Shown: piece after piece, positions 12,300 to 23,939 of the stretch
Layout of the letters: the number at the start of each line of letters is the position of its first letter
How positions within the stretch are numbered: the first letter of the stretch is position 1
Source of the DNA: Basidiobolus meristosporus CBS 931.73
Lineage: Eukaryota; Fungi; Basidiobolomycota
Direction of reading: 5' to 3'
DNA length: 64,000 nucleotides
Assembly: GCA_002104905.1 (NCBI GenBank)
Contig: MCFE01000006.1
Span: 186,001-250,000, forward strand
Notes under the pieces: model-generated
Seen by the model: only the letters and a program-made list of their open reading frames with translations
What the model was told of the DNA's origin: nothing
Databases searched by the model: none
Made by a program: the position numbers and the translations under genes

Positions 12300-15200
12300 G
12301 CGGAAATACATATTGAGTGGTGGAATTCAATGGTGTTACTTGTCAAGTGTGGGGTTGGGCTTAATGCTAGTGTAGGATATAGGGACTTTTATTGGTCAAT
12401 ACAATTGTTAATTGAGGTGCAACTGAAGTTTCAGTGGAAATAGATCAATTTGTATGCATGAAAAGTAAGAGAAACGGTTGAGTAAGGAAGTAAAGAGTGT
12501 GAAAAGAGGCAATAGCCAATCAATGTTCACAAATATAGGAGGTGATTGAGTGTGCGGGATCAGATAGTGAGCAAATTGGAAGGGAACCAATCAAAAGCCA
12601 CATATATATTGTTGTGATGAGAAATTTTAACCCAGTTTTTGTGAAATCTGGGGTGCAATTACTTTTCAACAGCCTCTGCATGGTTTCCTGACAGGAGCAG
12701 TATCTCTTAGTCATGGCAAAACACTGCCTGTGATCCTTGTAATACTTCCTGTGCTCTCTGCATGGTATATGGCTCAGAGGCTTGTTACAATAGCCACATG
12801 GTCTTTTTTCTCTTCTATAATGGCATTGACTCACAGTAGTCTTCTCCATGGGGCAAACACTTTGACACTCAACAACATAATGTCATTCCAGACAGTCTTG
12901 TATTTGGACATCCCAACTACATGAATGCAAGATTCAATGATGACCCACCACAGTGACCATTATAGATGAAGTTGCGGTACCATATACACACTTATAGGTA
13001 ACACTATTTCCCCTTTGGTACAACTCACTTTCATATATATGCTGCTAAAAAATAAAGCAAAGCTGTTTGGTTCCCAACCAAATGCCACCAATGACAGAAG
13101 TAGAACAACAATTGAACAACAGCCTGCTTTGACATTCAGTGCAACAAGTAGGGCTATATCCACAAAGGCCATGTTGATAGTGTGCCCACTGAAGGTAACA
13201 ATGTGGACTCATCAGGATCTCAGTCAAGTAGGCAAATGAGAATATATGGGGAGCTACAAGCTGACCATAATGTGCAGGCAGATGAGAACATAGGAAACTC
13301 AGTACCTTCAGTTGAATTCCAGCAAGTGGCTGTCATTGCATCACCATCATTCATATTAGCAAGTATGTTGTCAGCTCATAAAAAAGCATTCATGAAGAAA
13401 TTAGGTGCAGTAGCCTACACAAGGGATACAATGTTCCAGAGAAATCAGGACATGGTCAAGAATTCTGATTCGTGGATGATACATGCAGGGCAATTAGTAT
13501 TACAGGTAGTGAGTGCAGTATCATTGCTATACAGAAGGAACTTAAGTAGCTCAGTGTCACAGCCAAGAATTGAGCCATTTTCCAATGTAACAGCAGAGGA
13601 GCACCATACAGTCTTTCAAGCGCAGCAATAGTGCCCATATATAAAGCCCAGAGAGAAACCTATCATAGCATGGGGGAGACTGTGGTGTTTGTACCAAAGC
13701 CTAAAAGTATGTAGACATTGAAGATATATGAAGCTATCAAGTTCAATGATGAAGGGTGGGCTGATACTCAGGAGGCTGCCAGAAGACTAGCATGGCATTA
13801 CCTTAAGGCTGACATACCATGGGACCATCAGGAGCTCTAGGCCAAGCAGAATGAGCTTGACCTATTCCATGAGCATTACCCTGGACTCAAGCAGGTATAC
13901 AGATTCTGGGTAAGCATTAGCATGCCAGGAAGGTATCTCAAGAATAGCAGACACTATCAAAGGCAGAATTAGAAGGGCTCAATAGCTAAAAGCCAGTGGC
14001 TTACTCAAGAGCTTGTCACAAGTAGAGCTGAAAGCTCTGAACAAGCGGCAAAGAAATGTCAGGTAGGCAGAAAAGTACCTGCCAGGGGCAGGCAGGCAGA
14101 AATATATGCATCAGTGCAGCATTTGTCAAGGAGAAAATGTAGTTAATGCAAGGAGTACTCAGTCATAGTGGCAGTAACAAATATCTACAGCTTTCTCAGG
14201 AGCCTCTCACAAGCAGGGTTGGAAGTTCCAAACAAATGGCAAAGAAGCTTCAGGTTGCTGGGAGAGTGCCAGCAAGGAACAAGGGGGCAAAAATGAATGC
14301 ACCAGTGCAGAATTCATCACAGAAAAGGTGGAGTACAATACAGGAAGCACTCAGTCAAAATAGCAGTGAAAGACCTGGAGGTGATAAAGGTAAAGGTAAA
14401 GAGAAAAAAGTTTACCCATGCCAGAGTCAGGGAAGCATGAGAAAGAAACAGTAGTTCTCACCAATTAAAGTCATCAGCCCATAACAGGCTGAATCCCATC
14501 ATTGCCAAGAAGAAGTACCAACAAGAAAAAAGCTGTTTTCTTTGGATTTGGAAGCACAGATTGTTGAACAACACTCCAGTGAGGTATATGAGATTTCAGA
14601 GAAAAGCAGTTCATCTACCACAGCCCACACATCCTCCATTCTGGACAGAGTGGAGATCCTGCTGACAGACACAGCAACAGTGTTAACAACTCAACAGACT
14701 AATAAAGTACGTACAGTTGAACTTTGGAGCATTAATAGGCACACTAAGAGGTTGTAGCACCTATTCATGAGCAGTGCTCAGGAGAATGCCCTTGAACATT
14801 GCAAATACGTATTGCAAAGACTAGTAGATGAGGTGCTCAACCTTGCGGTGCCAGCTGGAGACCTGGACATATAAGAACCTATGAGTGAACAGTGGCATAA
14901 TGCCACTGAGTTCCTGCCAAAGTTATGAAAAAAGGGTGTCACAGCAGGTATTCCTGTTGAATGATGAATTTTAATGAAGTTACTTGTTGAGTGTGAGGCT
15001 GGGCTTAATGCTAGTGCTTGGTATAAAGACATGTTTATGTCAATACAATTGGTAATTGTGGTATAATGGAAGCTTCAATGGACAATAATCAACTTGTATG
15101 CTTGAAAAGTAAGAGGATTGGTTGGGTTAGAAAGTAAGGAGTGTGTAACAGTGGCAATAGCCAATCAATTTACACAAACATAGGGGTTGATTTAGTGTCT

Positions 15201-15380
15201 GGGATTAGATAGTGAGGGAATTGGCAGAGGATCAATCAAAAGCCACTTATGTGAAGCTTAGATGGAAAATTTTGACCAAGTTTTTTGTGAAATCTGGTGT
15301 ACAATTATTTTTCAACAGTCTTTGCTCAGTGTCATGACAGGATTGATACCTCATATTCATGGGACTGCATGCCTTCTATC
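12300..15380 (+). pseudogene. ORF Y 3' tail (12300-12690) followed by a second, near-complete ORF Y relic (13039-15070) with flanks
   Basis: ORFs 13182-13631, 14146-14454 and 14542-14757 are homologous to 57569-58318 and 56586-57070. 12700-12960 matches the CACTA intergenic region (58300-58575 joined to 59880-59940). Confidence 0.75.
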
Positions 15381-16071
15381 AGCCCGTATAGAACTGCCTC
15401 TGTCCTCTGAAAGGTCTGTTCATCCTCACAGGGAATGTATCCAAAACTTCTTTTATATGTAACTGGCTGCTGAAAACTCTAGGAGATGAAAGTGGATTGA
15501 AGCTTTGGAACTTGATATCTCTAGGTTGCTCTGAGTTATTCATACCCTCTGCAAGGTGGTTATTCACTGCTGTTTGCTGGGAATGAAATCTTCTAGGACT
15601 TTTGCTGCCATGGATGGTGGGATGAAGCCTAGTAGGGCAATAGTTCTTGCAATAGCAAAGAAGCTTAACAAGGGATCTACTCAAGTAGATTGGGGTACAT
15701 TATCCAGAGTACTTGGCATAGATATCCACTAATGTGTCAAAAGGAAATTCAGTAGTAGCAATGGCATTGATGAGGAAAGACCTTTCAGATGAGTAAGTCA
15801 TATTAAAAATGGTAGATTATCAAATAGATGTGCATTGAATCAATTTGATGCAATCTGTTTAATTTATACAAATTAATGTGTTATGCTTAAATCTCCATCT
15901 AGTACTATGCATCCATCATTATGTTGCAAATATCATCCTCAAACAATGACTTGGTGATTTTATTGATGATTTGCTTACAAACCTAAAATGATATGGGAAA
16001 TCTGCAATTGACATAATCTGATATGTGTCAATGCAACCCAAGATCCACTCTGCATAATATATGGAGAATTC
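15380..16071 (-). pseudogene. PHIS/ISL2-like DDE_Tnp_4 transposase N-terminal relic
   Basis: KEVLDTFPVRMNRPFRGQRQFYTG matches 26773-27027. It is contiguous with 20750 onward once the copia insertion is removed. Confidence 0.7.
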
Positions 16072-16421
16072 TGTTGTAAGAGTCTTGGAGATATTGGAAG
16101 TGATTGTGAGGACAAGTAGATTGTGTGGTTTTCACTTGATGATTTAATGAATGTAAAAGTAGTATTGATACCTGTACATGGTCTTGGGATAACAAGCACG
16201 TAGAATAGGTTAAGGAAGGTCCCAAGAACATATGTGCAAAGTTTGGGGCTGTTTGGACAACTTTGAGAATTTTCATGTTCTGGGTACCTGGTATTTTTGG
16301 TGTAAATATTCTAAGTAAATCACAACAAGGAATTTGGTCAGTATTCTCTAGGATTTGAAGGTAATGATTTAAGTGACTAAGTTAGGTGAATAGTTAGGTG
16401 GAAATACAAATTTTACAACAC
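16072..16421 (-). repeat. 3' LTR of copia element
   Basis: About 14 differences from 20402-20749 counted by eye. Confidence 0.95.
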
Positions 16422-16431
16422 TCCCACTCAG

Positions 16432-19400
16432 CTAAATGTTCATACTGACTAGTCCTAATTTTGACCTAAGATATTCAAACTTGTCTCTAGCTAATGGTTT
16501 GGTGAATATGTCTGCAATCATTTCATCTGTAGGACAGTGAACTAAGCTAACTAAGTAACTCTCTATAGCTTCACGTATGAAATGATTTCTAAAATCTATG
16601 TGCTTGGCTCTAGCATGAAAAGATGGATTTCTACCTAATTGTATACATCCTTGATTATCTTGAAATAAAGTAATAGACGTTTTTTGACATTGGCCTAAAT
16701 CTGTAAGCAGCTTTCTTAACCACATTGCCTCTTTTGTAGCTTCACAGGCTGCCATGTACTCTGCCTCTGTGGTAGAAAGTGCTACAGTTGGTTGCTTTCT
16801 TGAATTCCATGAAATTGCTCCTTGATGATAAAGAAAGGTGTACCCTGTGGTGGATCTTCTGTCTTCTAAATTTTGTCCCCAATCAGCATCAGAGTATCCC
16901 ACAAGATCCTGTTCTGAATCCTTATAAGTGTATCTTAAGCAGATATCAGCAGTTCCTTTTAGGTATCTAAAAATCCGCTTAACTGCTGCAATATGATCAG
17001 ATCCATAGTTCTGATTATGTTGGGTGACAACTCCCATTGAACATGAGATATCTGGACATGTTCCAAGCATAATTTACGTCAGACTGCCAATCATATATTG
17101 ATGAGGAAAGTCAGGGCTTTCAGATGACACCAAGATCCCTTGATTTGGTTGAGTTTTGACCAAGTTAAGGTCTGTCTCCATTGGGGTAGCTGCTGGTTTA
17201 CAGTCTTCCATTTGTTACTTCTTTAGTATATCTTGAGTATACTTGGACTGACTTAGGGTGATAGTCTGGGTTCTTCTGTCTATGGAGAACTTAATCCCTA
17301 AGTAGTAACTGAGTTCTCCTAGCTCAGACATCTTGAACTCCTTAGATAGGCTGGATCTAGTCTCTTCTAATGTTGCTAGGTTATTGGTGGCTATAATAAG
17401 ATCATCCACTTACAGAGCTAATAAAACTGGATTTGCTCTGTCTGGCTTATATTTTATGCTATAGTCAGCATTACTCCTTTTGAAACTCAAAGATTCCAAA
17501 TAAGAATCTATCTTGCTATTCCAGCCTCTTGGTGATTGTTTGAGACCATGTAGTGACTTTTTAAGCTTGCTGACCAAATGGGGGTTATCTTGGTTAACAA
17601 ACCCATCAGGCTGGTCCATGTACATGTCCTCATCATGTTCTCCATTCAAAAATGTAGTTTTTAGATCCATTTGATGAATAAAAAACTTATATTTGGCTGC
17701 AATAGCCAATATTAATCTGATGGAATTAAACTTGGCTACCAGTGCAAAGGTCTCAGTATAGTCAAGTCCTTTTGTTTGAGAGTATCCTTTGGCTACAAGT
17801 CTTGCTTTGTATCTTTCAATTGTACCATCAACCTTGTATTTTGTCTTGAAGACCCATCTGCATCTAATTGATTTTTAGTTGATTGGTAATTTGACTAAGT
17901 CCCAAGTTTGATTTTCCATCAGGGCCTGATATTCCTCAGTCATTGCAGATCTCCAAAACTTTGTCTGAGGGCTATTTAGGGCCTCTTTACAGTCTGGGGT
18001 TCATCAATATGGACTGAATATGCATAGACTAAGTTTGTACCCTCATTGATATAGTAATTTGGGCTATTTCTTGTCCTATTGGATCTCTGGGCATTTGGTA
18101 CTGGTATGATCACTTCTAGGATATCCTGGGCACTGTTTCTGGCTGAACCATGGTTGTAGAGTCCTCCAGAGTGAAAAAATTTTCATTGTTTTGCTCTGAT
18201 TCAATCCTGACAGTTGGTGGACTGGGGATCAAATTTTTGTCATCATCTGATGTCATTTTTTGTGAAAATTTAAATTTTCATCAAACAACACATCCCTGGA
18301 CTTGATCTGCTTCTTTGCTTTAGTAATGTAGAGTCTGTATGCCTTACTCTCATTGCAGTAGCCCAAAAATACGCATTTTACACTTTTTGGCTCAAATTTT
18401 GACTGATTTCTGGTCAGTTTTTGGCATATGCTGTACACCAAAATATTCTTAGATGCTCCACACTTGGTCTGTATCTGTACCATGCTTCAAATGGAGTAGA
18501 ATCACAAAGCATTTTGTAAAAACTTCTATTTTTAAGGTATACAGCAGTGGCAACTGATTCCGCCCAAAAATCATAGGATAATTTTTGATCATGGATCATA
18601 GATCTTGTCATTTCAATTATTGATCTGCTAGCACGTTCTGCTACTCCATTTTGCTGTGGGGAGTATGGTACAGTAGTCTCTTGCTGTATCCCATGAATTT
18701 TGCAGAAGTGGATGAAGAGTTTTGAGGTATATTCTCCACCATTATCATAGTGTATTTTCTTGATTTTTGACCAGTTTCTCTCTCCACAATGGCTTTAAAC
18801 TCCCTGCGCTTAGACAGAGCTTCTTCCTTTTTCTCCATGAAGTAGACCCATGTGTATCTTGTATAATCATCAATAAAAGTGATTAAATACTTCATCCCTC
18901 CTAAGGGTAAATTTTGCATAGGTCCACACAGATCTGAGTGTATAAGATCTAACTGTTTCTTAGTTTTGATTAACCCAGAGCTCTTGAGTGGTTGTCTGGC
19001 CTGTTTCACATATATGCAGGCTTCATAGTGCTCCAAATTAGCTGGGGGATCAGTTTTCACTCCAGAAATTAGCTGATCTTTGATCATTTTACGCAAATAA
19101 TCAAGATTGATATGTCCAAATCTCCTGTGCCAAAGCATTGGTGTTTCTTCATTTAAGTTACTTATATTGGCTTCCAGATATGATGGAATATAAGTCAACC
19201 TGTATAGATTCTGATCTCTGATGCCCAAAGCAATGTGCGCACCATTTGATCAGTGATCCTGCTTCCAGAATTGTCAAAACTGAAACTGAGTCCTTCTGCT
19301 GTGGCCTTGCTTACAGATAGTAGGTTCTTGGCAATATCTGGTACATAGAGTACTTCTTTAAAGGTCAGTGTATGGCTTCCTTCACTGCTTCTAAGGTTTA

Positions 19401-20397
19401 CTTGGATAGTTCCTTCCCCCACTGCATCAAGTGTTTTATTGTCACCCATGAAAACCTTCTTAATTTGAATTTCTTGATATTTGGTAAAAAGTTCTTTTTG
19501 GTGTGTAAAGTGTTGAGAAGCTCCAGAGTCAATATACCATGTCTGAGAATCCTTGTTTGTGGTCATATTTAGTGCTGATATGAATAGTATACCTTTGGTT
19601 GCTTCATCATTCCCATATTCAGTCTTCTTTTGCTGATTATCTTTCTTTTTGAGACACCGGTCTGATGTGTGTCCTTTCCTATTGCAGTAGTTGCAAAACA
19701 GGTTGCTGTTGCCTTTGTAGGGTCTTGGGTACCTCCTTTGTTGGTTATCATAGCTTATTAAAGCATTTTCTTCTTCCTTCTTATTGCCGCTTTATTTTCT
19801 TAATTTTTCATCCAGGAGCCTTCCATATATGTAATTTAAGGTCAAATCTTCAGTTCTGGACTCTAGGGTTGATACAAGGCCATGAAACTTGTCTTTCAGG
19901 CTATTCAGGTTGGTAACTATCACATTCTCATCAGTAGTTGGTACACCCACTGATTCTATCTCATCTACCAGCAGGGTAATTCTTTTAATTAGATTTTTCA
20001 TTTCTTCTCCTGGCAGCATCTTTGTAGTAAAGAATTTTTGTCTCAGATACATTTTCGTAGCAGCTGAACATGACTGGTAGGTGTCTTCTAATGCCTTCCA
20101 GGCATTCTTTGCCGTTTTTACACTTGAGCATTGAATTAGCAATTTGTCTTTAACATTATGGCAAATGCAGTTAAAGAAACTTTGTTCTTTCTTCTGGTAC
20201 TTCAAGGCTTCCTCTCCCACATTTTCAGGAGGGCATTCTTCTCCCATGACAATATCTCAAAGGCGTCTTTCTTGTAGCAGCAACTTTATTTTCACCCTCC
20301 ACACTTGATAGTTAGATCCATCCATCTTTTCAGCAGAGGGGAAAATTCTAGTAATAGTAGTAGTGGACATTGCAGAGAGTGACAGCTTGGGGCTCAT
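16432..20397 (-). pseudogene. Copia gag-pol polyprotein, disrupted
   Basis: MDGSNYQVWRVKIKLLL (gag N-terminus), WYIDSGASQH (PR), LWHRRFGHIN and IHSDLCGPM..FIDDYTRYTW (INT), HQMDLKTTFLNG (RT), GYSDADWG..STTEAEYMAA..IADIFTKPL (RNase H); broken by stops and frameshifts. Confidence 0.93.
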
Positions 20398-20401
20398 AGC
20401 C
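20389..20401 (-). promoter_or_regulatory. Primer-binding site GGCTATGAGCCCC (internal tRNA-iMet type)
   Basis: Directly abuts the 5' LTR and resembles the GGTTATGGGCCC PBS of copia/Ty5-type elements primed by a tRNA-iMet fragment. Contains the probable gag ATG. Confidence 0.7.
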
Positions 20402-20749
20402 TGTTGTAAGAGTCTTGGAGATATTGGAAGTGATTGGGAGGACAAGTAGATTGTGTGGTTTTCACTTGATGATTTATAGAATGTAAAAGTAGTATTGATA
20501 CTTTTACATGGTCTTGGGATAACAAGCACGTAGAATAGGTTAAGGAAGGTCCCAAGAACATATGTGCAAAGTTTGGGGCTGCTTGGACAACTTTGAGAAT
20601 TTTCATGTTCTGGGTACCTGGTATTTTGGTAAAAATATTCTAGGTAAGTCCCAACAAGGAATTTGGTCAGTATTCTCTAGGATTTGAAGGTAATGATTTA
20701 AGTGACTAAGTTAGGTGAATATTCAGGTGGAAATACAAATTTTACAACA
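20402..20749 (-). repeat. 5' LTR of copia element
   Basis: Near-identical to 16072-16421 and followed on the minus strand by the PBS and gag. Confidence 0.95.
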
Positions 20750-22005
20750 AATTCAACAATCACATTATTTTTCATATATACTTTTATAAGACAAGATTGA
20801 TGCTAATATAGAACTGTATAAGTATCCACATCCATAACAATGGTCCTTATGCCAAATCTCAACTCATCTTTAATAATACTTGTAAACAACCTATGTTCCA
20901 GCTCACAAGAGTGGTCCACACCAGAAAAGTTGATGTTAGATGCATTCAAGTTCTTGCCAAATGATTTTAGTACAGCCCAAATGTCTATGATAAGCCCTCA
21001 TACAGATATTTTGGCACTGCTCATTAGTCTAGCAGAGCTGAATACCTCAGAAAGTCAACACAGATGGAAGAATCTCAGCAGACAGCTGTGGCATTGATTC
21101 TACATCTAAATGCCAGCAGATATATATAAGCAGATACATAACAAGAGAAGTATTCAAATCAAGAATGAGCTGATAGTGAAAGTATTTGATGAGGAAGCCG
21201 TTGCAAACAGTTCTGCATCAATTTGCATAATACAGGCTGGACATGTCCATTTGTGTCTCACTTTGGGAACCAAAAAGATTTGGAATGAGTTTTTGTCTCA
21301 AATGACTAAAGGACTACATGATATATCAGTAGAGCTAAGGGGCTTCCAAGAGCAATATACATAAGACTCATCAAGGCAACAGTTCCAAAGTATCTAACAG
21401 AGGGCAAGTGAATACCTTTGGGAATCAAAAGGTGAGCTTCAAGTGGAAGATTACAGACCTCAAGCAACTGCATATATCTTATGCCAGCACTCCTTGCTGG
21501 ATCCCTTACCATCTTTTGCAATACCAGATTGCTGGCACATATCAGTTCAATCTATGTAAACACCTTTGACAACAGCACCCTGCATCAAGTTGATGTGCAT
21601 TGGGTCAATGCACTTGCTTGAGGGCAAAACTACCAGAACTTGCCAAACAGCTCATTGAGACAGAGTTTCATTAGAGCAAGCCAAGTTGCAACAGCATGTA
21701 GCATCACATCAAGCTCAGCTAAGAGCCATGTCAATGCATCAAGTTGCACCTGAATGTGCCATTACACCTGACCATCAGCAAGTTACTTCTGGTGAGTGGA
21801 CTGACAATAACTCACTTGAAGTGCCTCCACCACTAGAGCCTTTGGAAATTGAAAGAGCATGTCTGCGTGTTGCACTCCAGACCAGCTCTGTAACATCACC
21901 TGGAGCAATTCAGCACTGCCAATCTTCAGCACTGCACTCATCATCTAGGAGGCAAAATACTGACTACAAGTACAAAGTAGTCAAGATGTATTTAATAAGG
22001 GAGGC
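20750..22005 (+). pseudogene. PHIS-element accessory ORF ('ORF X') relic, copy 1
   Basis: ORFs 20840-21097, 21110-21364 and 21686-22039 are homologous to 23474-23728, 23156-23458 and 24904-25170. Confidence 0.7.
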
Positions 22006-23939
22006 AACTTGTTTCATTGTACCATGCCAGTGCATGTAGGGCAATGTATGGTTGCTGAGAATATTTGGGCGTAATATTGTATCTACTAGTAGGCAGGATT
22101 GCTCTTGGACAATTTTGAGCTATGTGTGACAGTTTTGCCCACTATGGCTCATTGCCAAACACACAAGCTACCTGAGTTGCCATGAAATATCACATTTTGC
22201 CCACTGAGCTTGTAAATCCCTGATCTTAGTAATTGAATGAGGTGTCATGTTGAGCATGCAACCAATTGTGTAGACACAAATCAGACCAAATAGCTTCACT
22301 GGTGTTACAGATGATGTATATATGCGGAGTGCTTGTTTCCTGGGGCTCTGTTGCAAATGTGAGACAGCCTTGATATTACTTATAACAAAAATTTAGTGAT
22401 CACTGATTTATAATGGCTCAAGTTGAATAGCAAAAAAAATGAGTTGTTTGGATTGTAACAAAAGGTAATGGTTTAATGCACTGCATCATCTTCTCCTAGG
22501 TTTATTTCTCAAAGGGATTGTGACTGAAGCATTTGGTAGTAATTCCCCCTGCATACCTGAACTACTTCCTTGTTGACAATCATCTTTGCTACTTGTGTTC
22601 TTGTAGTAATTTTTTAACCTCCAAGCTGATGAGTGTAATGCTGGAACTTGACCATGCTGAAATGCTCCAGAAGATGTAGAGGAACCAGCCTGAAGTGCCA
22701 CATGCTGATATGTTCATTTACCTGCCAAAGGCTCTGGTAGTAGAGGCACTTCATGTGGGTCATTATCAGTCAGCTCACCAGAAGTAACTTGCCAATGGTT
22801 GGGTATAACAGCACACACAGGTGCAACTTAATGCATTGCATAGCCCTTGACTCAGTTTGATGTGATATTACATGTTGATGTGACTTGGCTTGCTCCAATG
22901 GATCTTTGTCTAAATGAGCAGTTTGACAGGTTCTGGCAGTTTCGTTCTGAAGCAAGTGTTGATCTGATGCACATCAACTTGATGTGGGGCACTCCTGTGA
23001 AGGGTGTTGGCATAGGTTGGACTAATGTATGCTGTCATGCTAGTGTTGCAAGATGATGGTAGGGAGTCCACAAGGCATGCTGGTATAATCAAGACAATGT
23101 TGCCTGCATTCTGTATTCTTCCTCTTGAAGCTCACCTTCTGATCCCTTAAGCTATTCACTTACCCTCTGTTGATACTTGGAACTGTTGCCTTGATGAGTC
23201 TTGTTTATATTGCTCTTGGAAGCCACTTAGCTCTACTAATATATCACATTGTCCATTAGTCATTTGAAACAAATACTCACTCAAAATCTCTTTAGTTCCC
23301 AAAGCTGAGGCACAAACAGACACAGTCAGCCTGGACTGTGCAAAGTGCATGCAAAATTTTTCTTGTGCAGCTTCCTCATCAAATCCCCTCATTCTAAGCG
23401 CATTCTTGACTTCCATACATGTCTTGCTACATATCTTCTTACAAACATCTGCTGGCATATTGATGTAGAACTCTCACCACTGCTTTCTACTCAGCTTCCT
23501 CCATCTCTGTTGACTTTCTAAGGTATCCTGTTCTGCTAGATTAATGAGAAATGCCCAAATTTCTGTATTAATGCTCATCACAGACACTGAGGCCATATTG
23601 AAATTATTTGGCAAGAACTCAAACAGATCTGAAATCATATTTTCAGGCCTGGACCACTCTTGTGAGCTGGGGGATGGGTTTTGTTTAGGTTGTACTAAAG
23701 ATGAGCTGAGACTTGGCATAGGGACCATTGTGATGGATATGGATACCTATACAGTACTATATTGGCATCAACCTGGCCTTATATGAAATATATATGAAGA
23801 CCAATGAAATTTTTAATTTCCTTATATTATGCATAATGCTTCTTGGATTGCATTGACACAGATCAGCTCACAGCAATTATGGATTTCCCATTACATTTTG
23901 GACTTGTGGGCAAACCATCAAACAAATCACCAAGTCATT
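22006..23939 (-). mobile_element. PHIS element left end plus ORF X relic, copy 2, truncated by copy 3
   Basis: Begins acttgtttcattgtaccatgccag like 23940. Minus-strand ORFs 23474-23728, 23156-23458 and 22486-22701. Ends at the ATT target of copy 3. Confidence 0.65.

Larger units (their letters stand above)
16072..20749 (-). mobile_element. Full-length Ty1/copia LTR retrotransposon (inactivated)
   Basis: Two LTRs of about 350 bp with TGTTGT...ACAACA ends and a perfect 5-bp TSD AATTC (16067-16071 / 20750-20754). PPT-like TGAGTGGGAG next to 16421; PBS at 20389-20401; domain order gag-PR-INT-RT-RNase H. Confidence 0.95.

Noticed and set aside
11330-12300. Possible gag zinc-knuckle or transposase relic
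   Set aside because: Too degenerate to assign.
15975-16276. Recurrent ORFs MLVIPRPC.. and MKILKVVQ.. (also at 20.3-20.6, 33.7-34.1, 35.7 and 60.9 kb)
   Set aside because: They lie inside LTR copies. Their recurrence reflects the repeat, with TTG/GTG starts and no coding signature.
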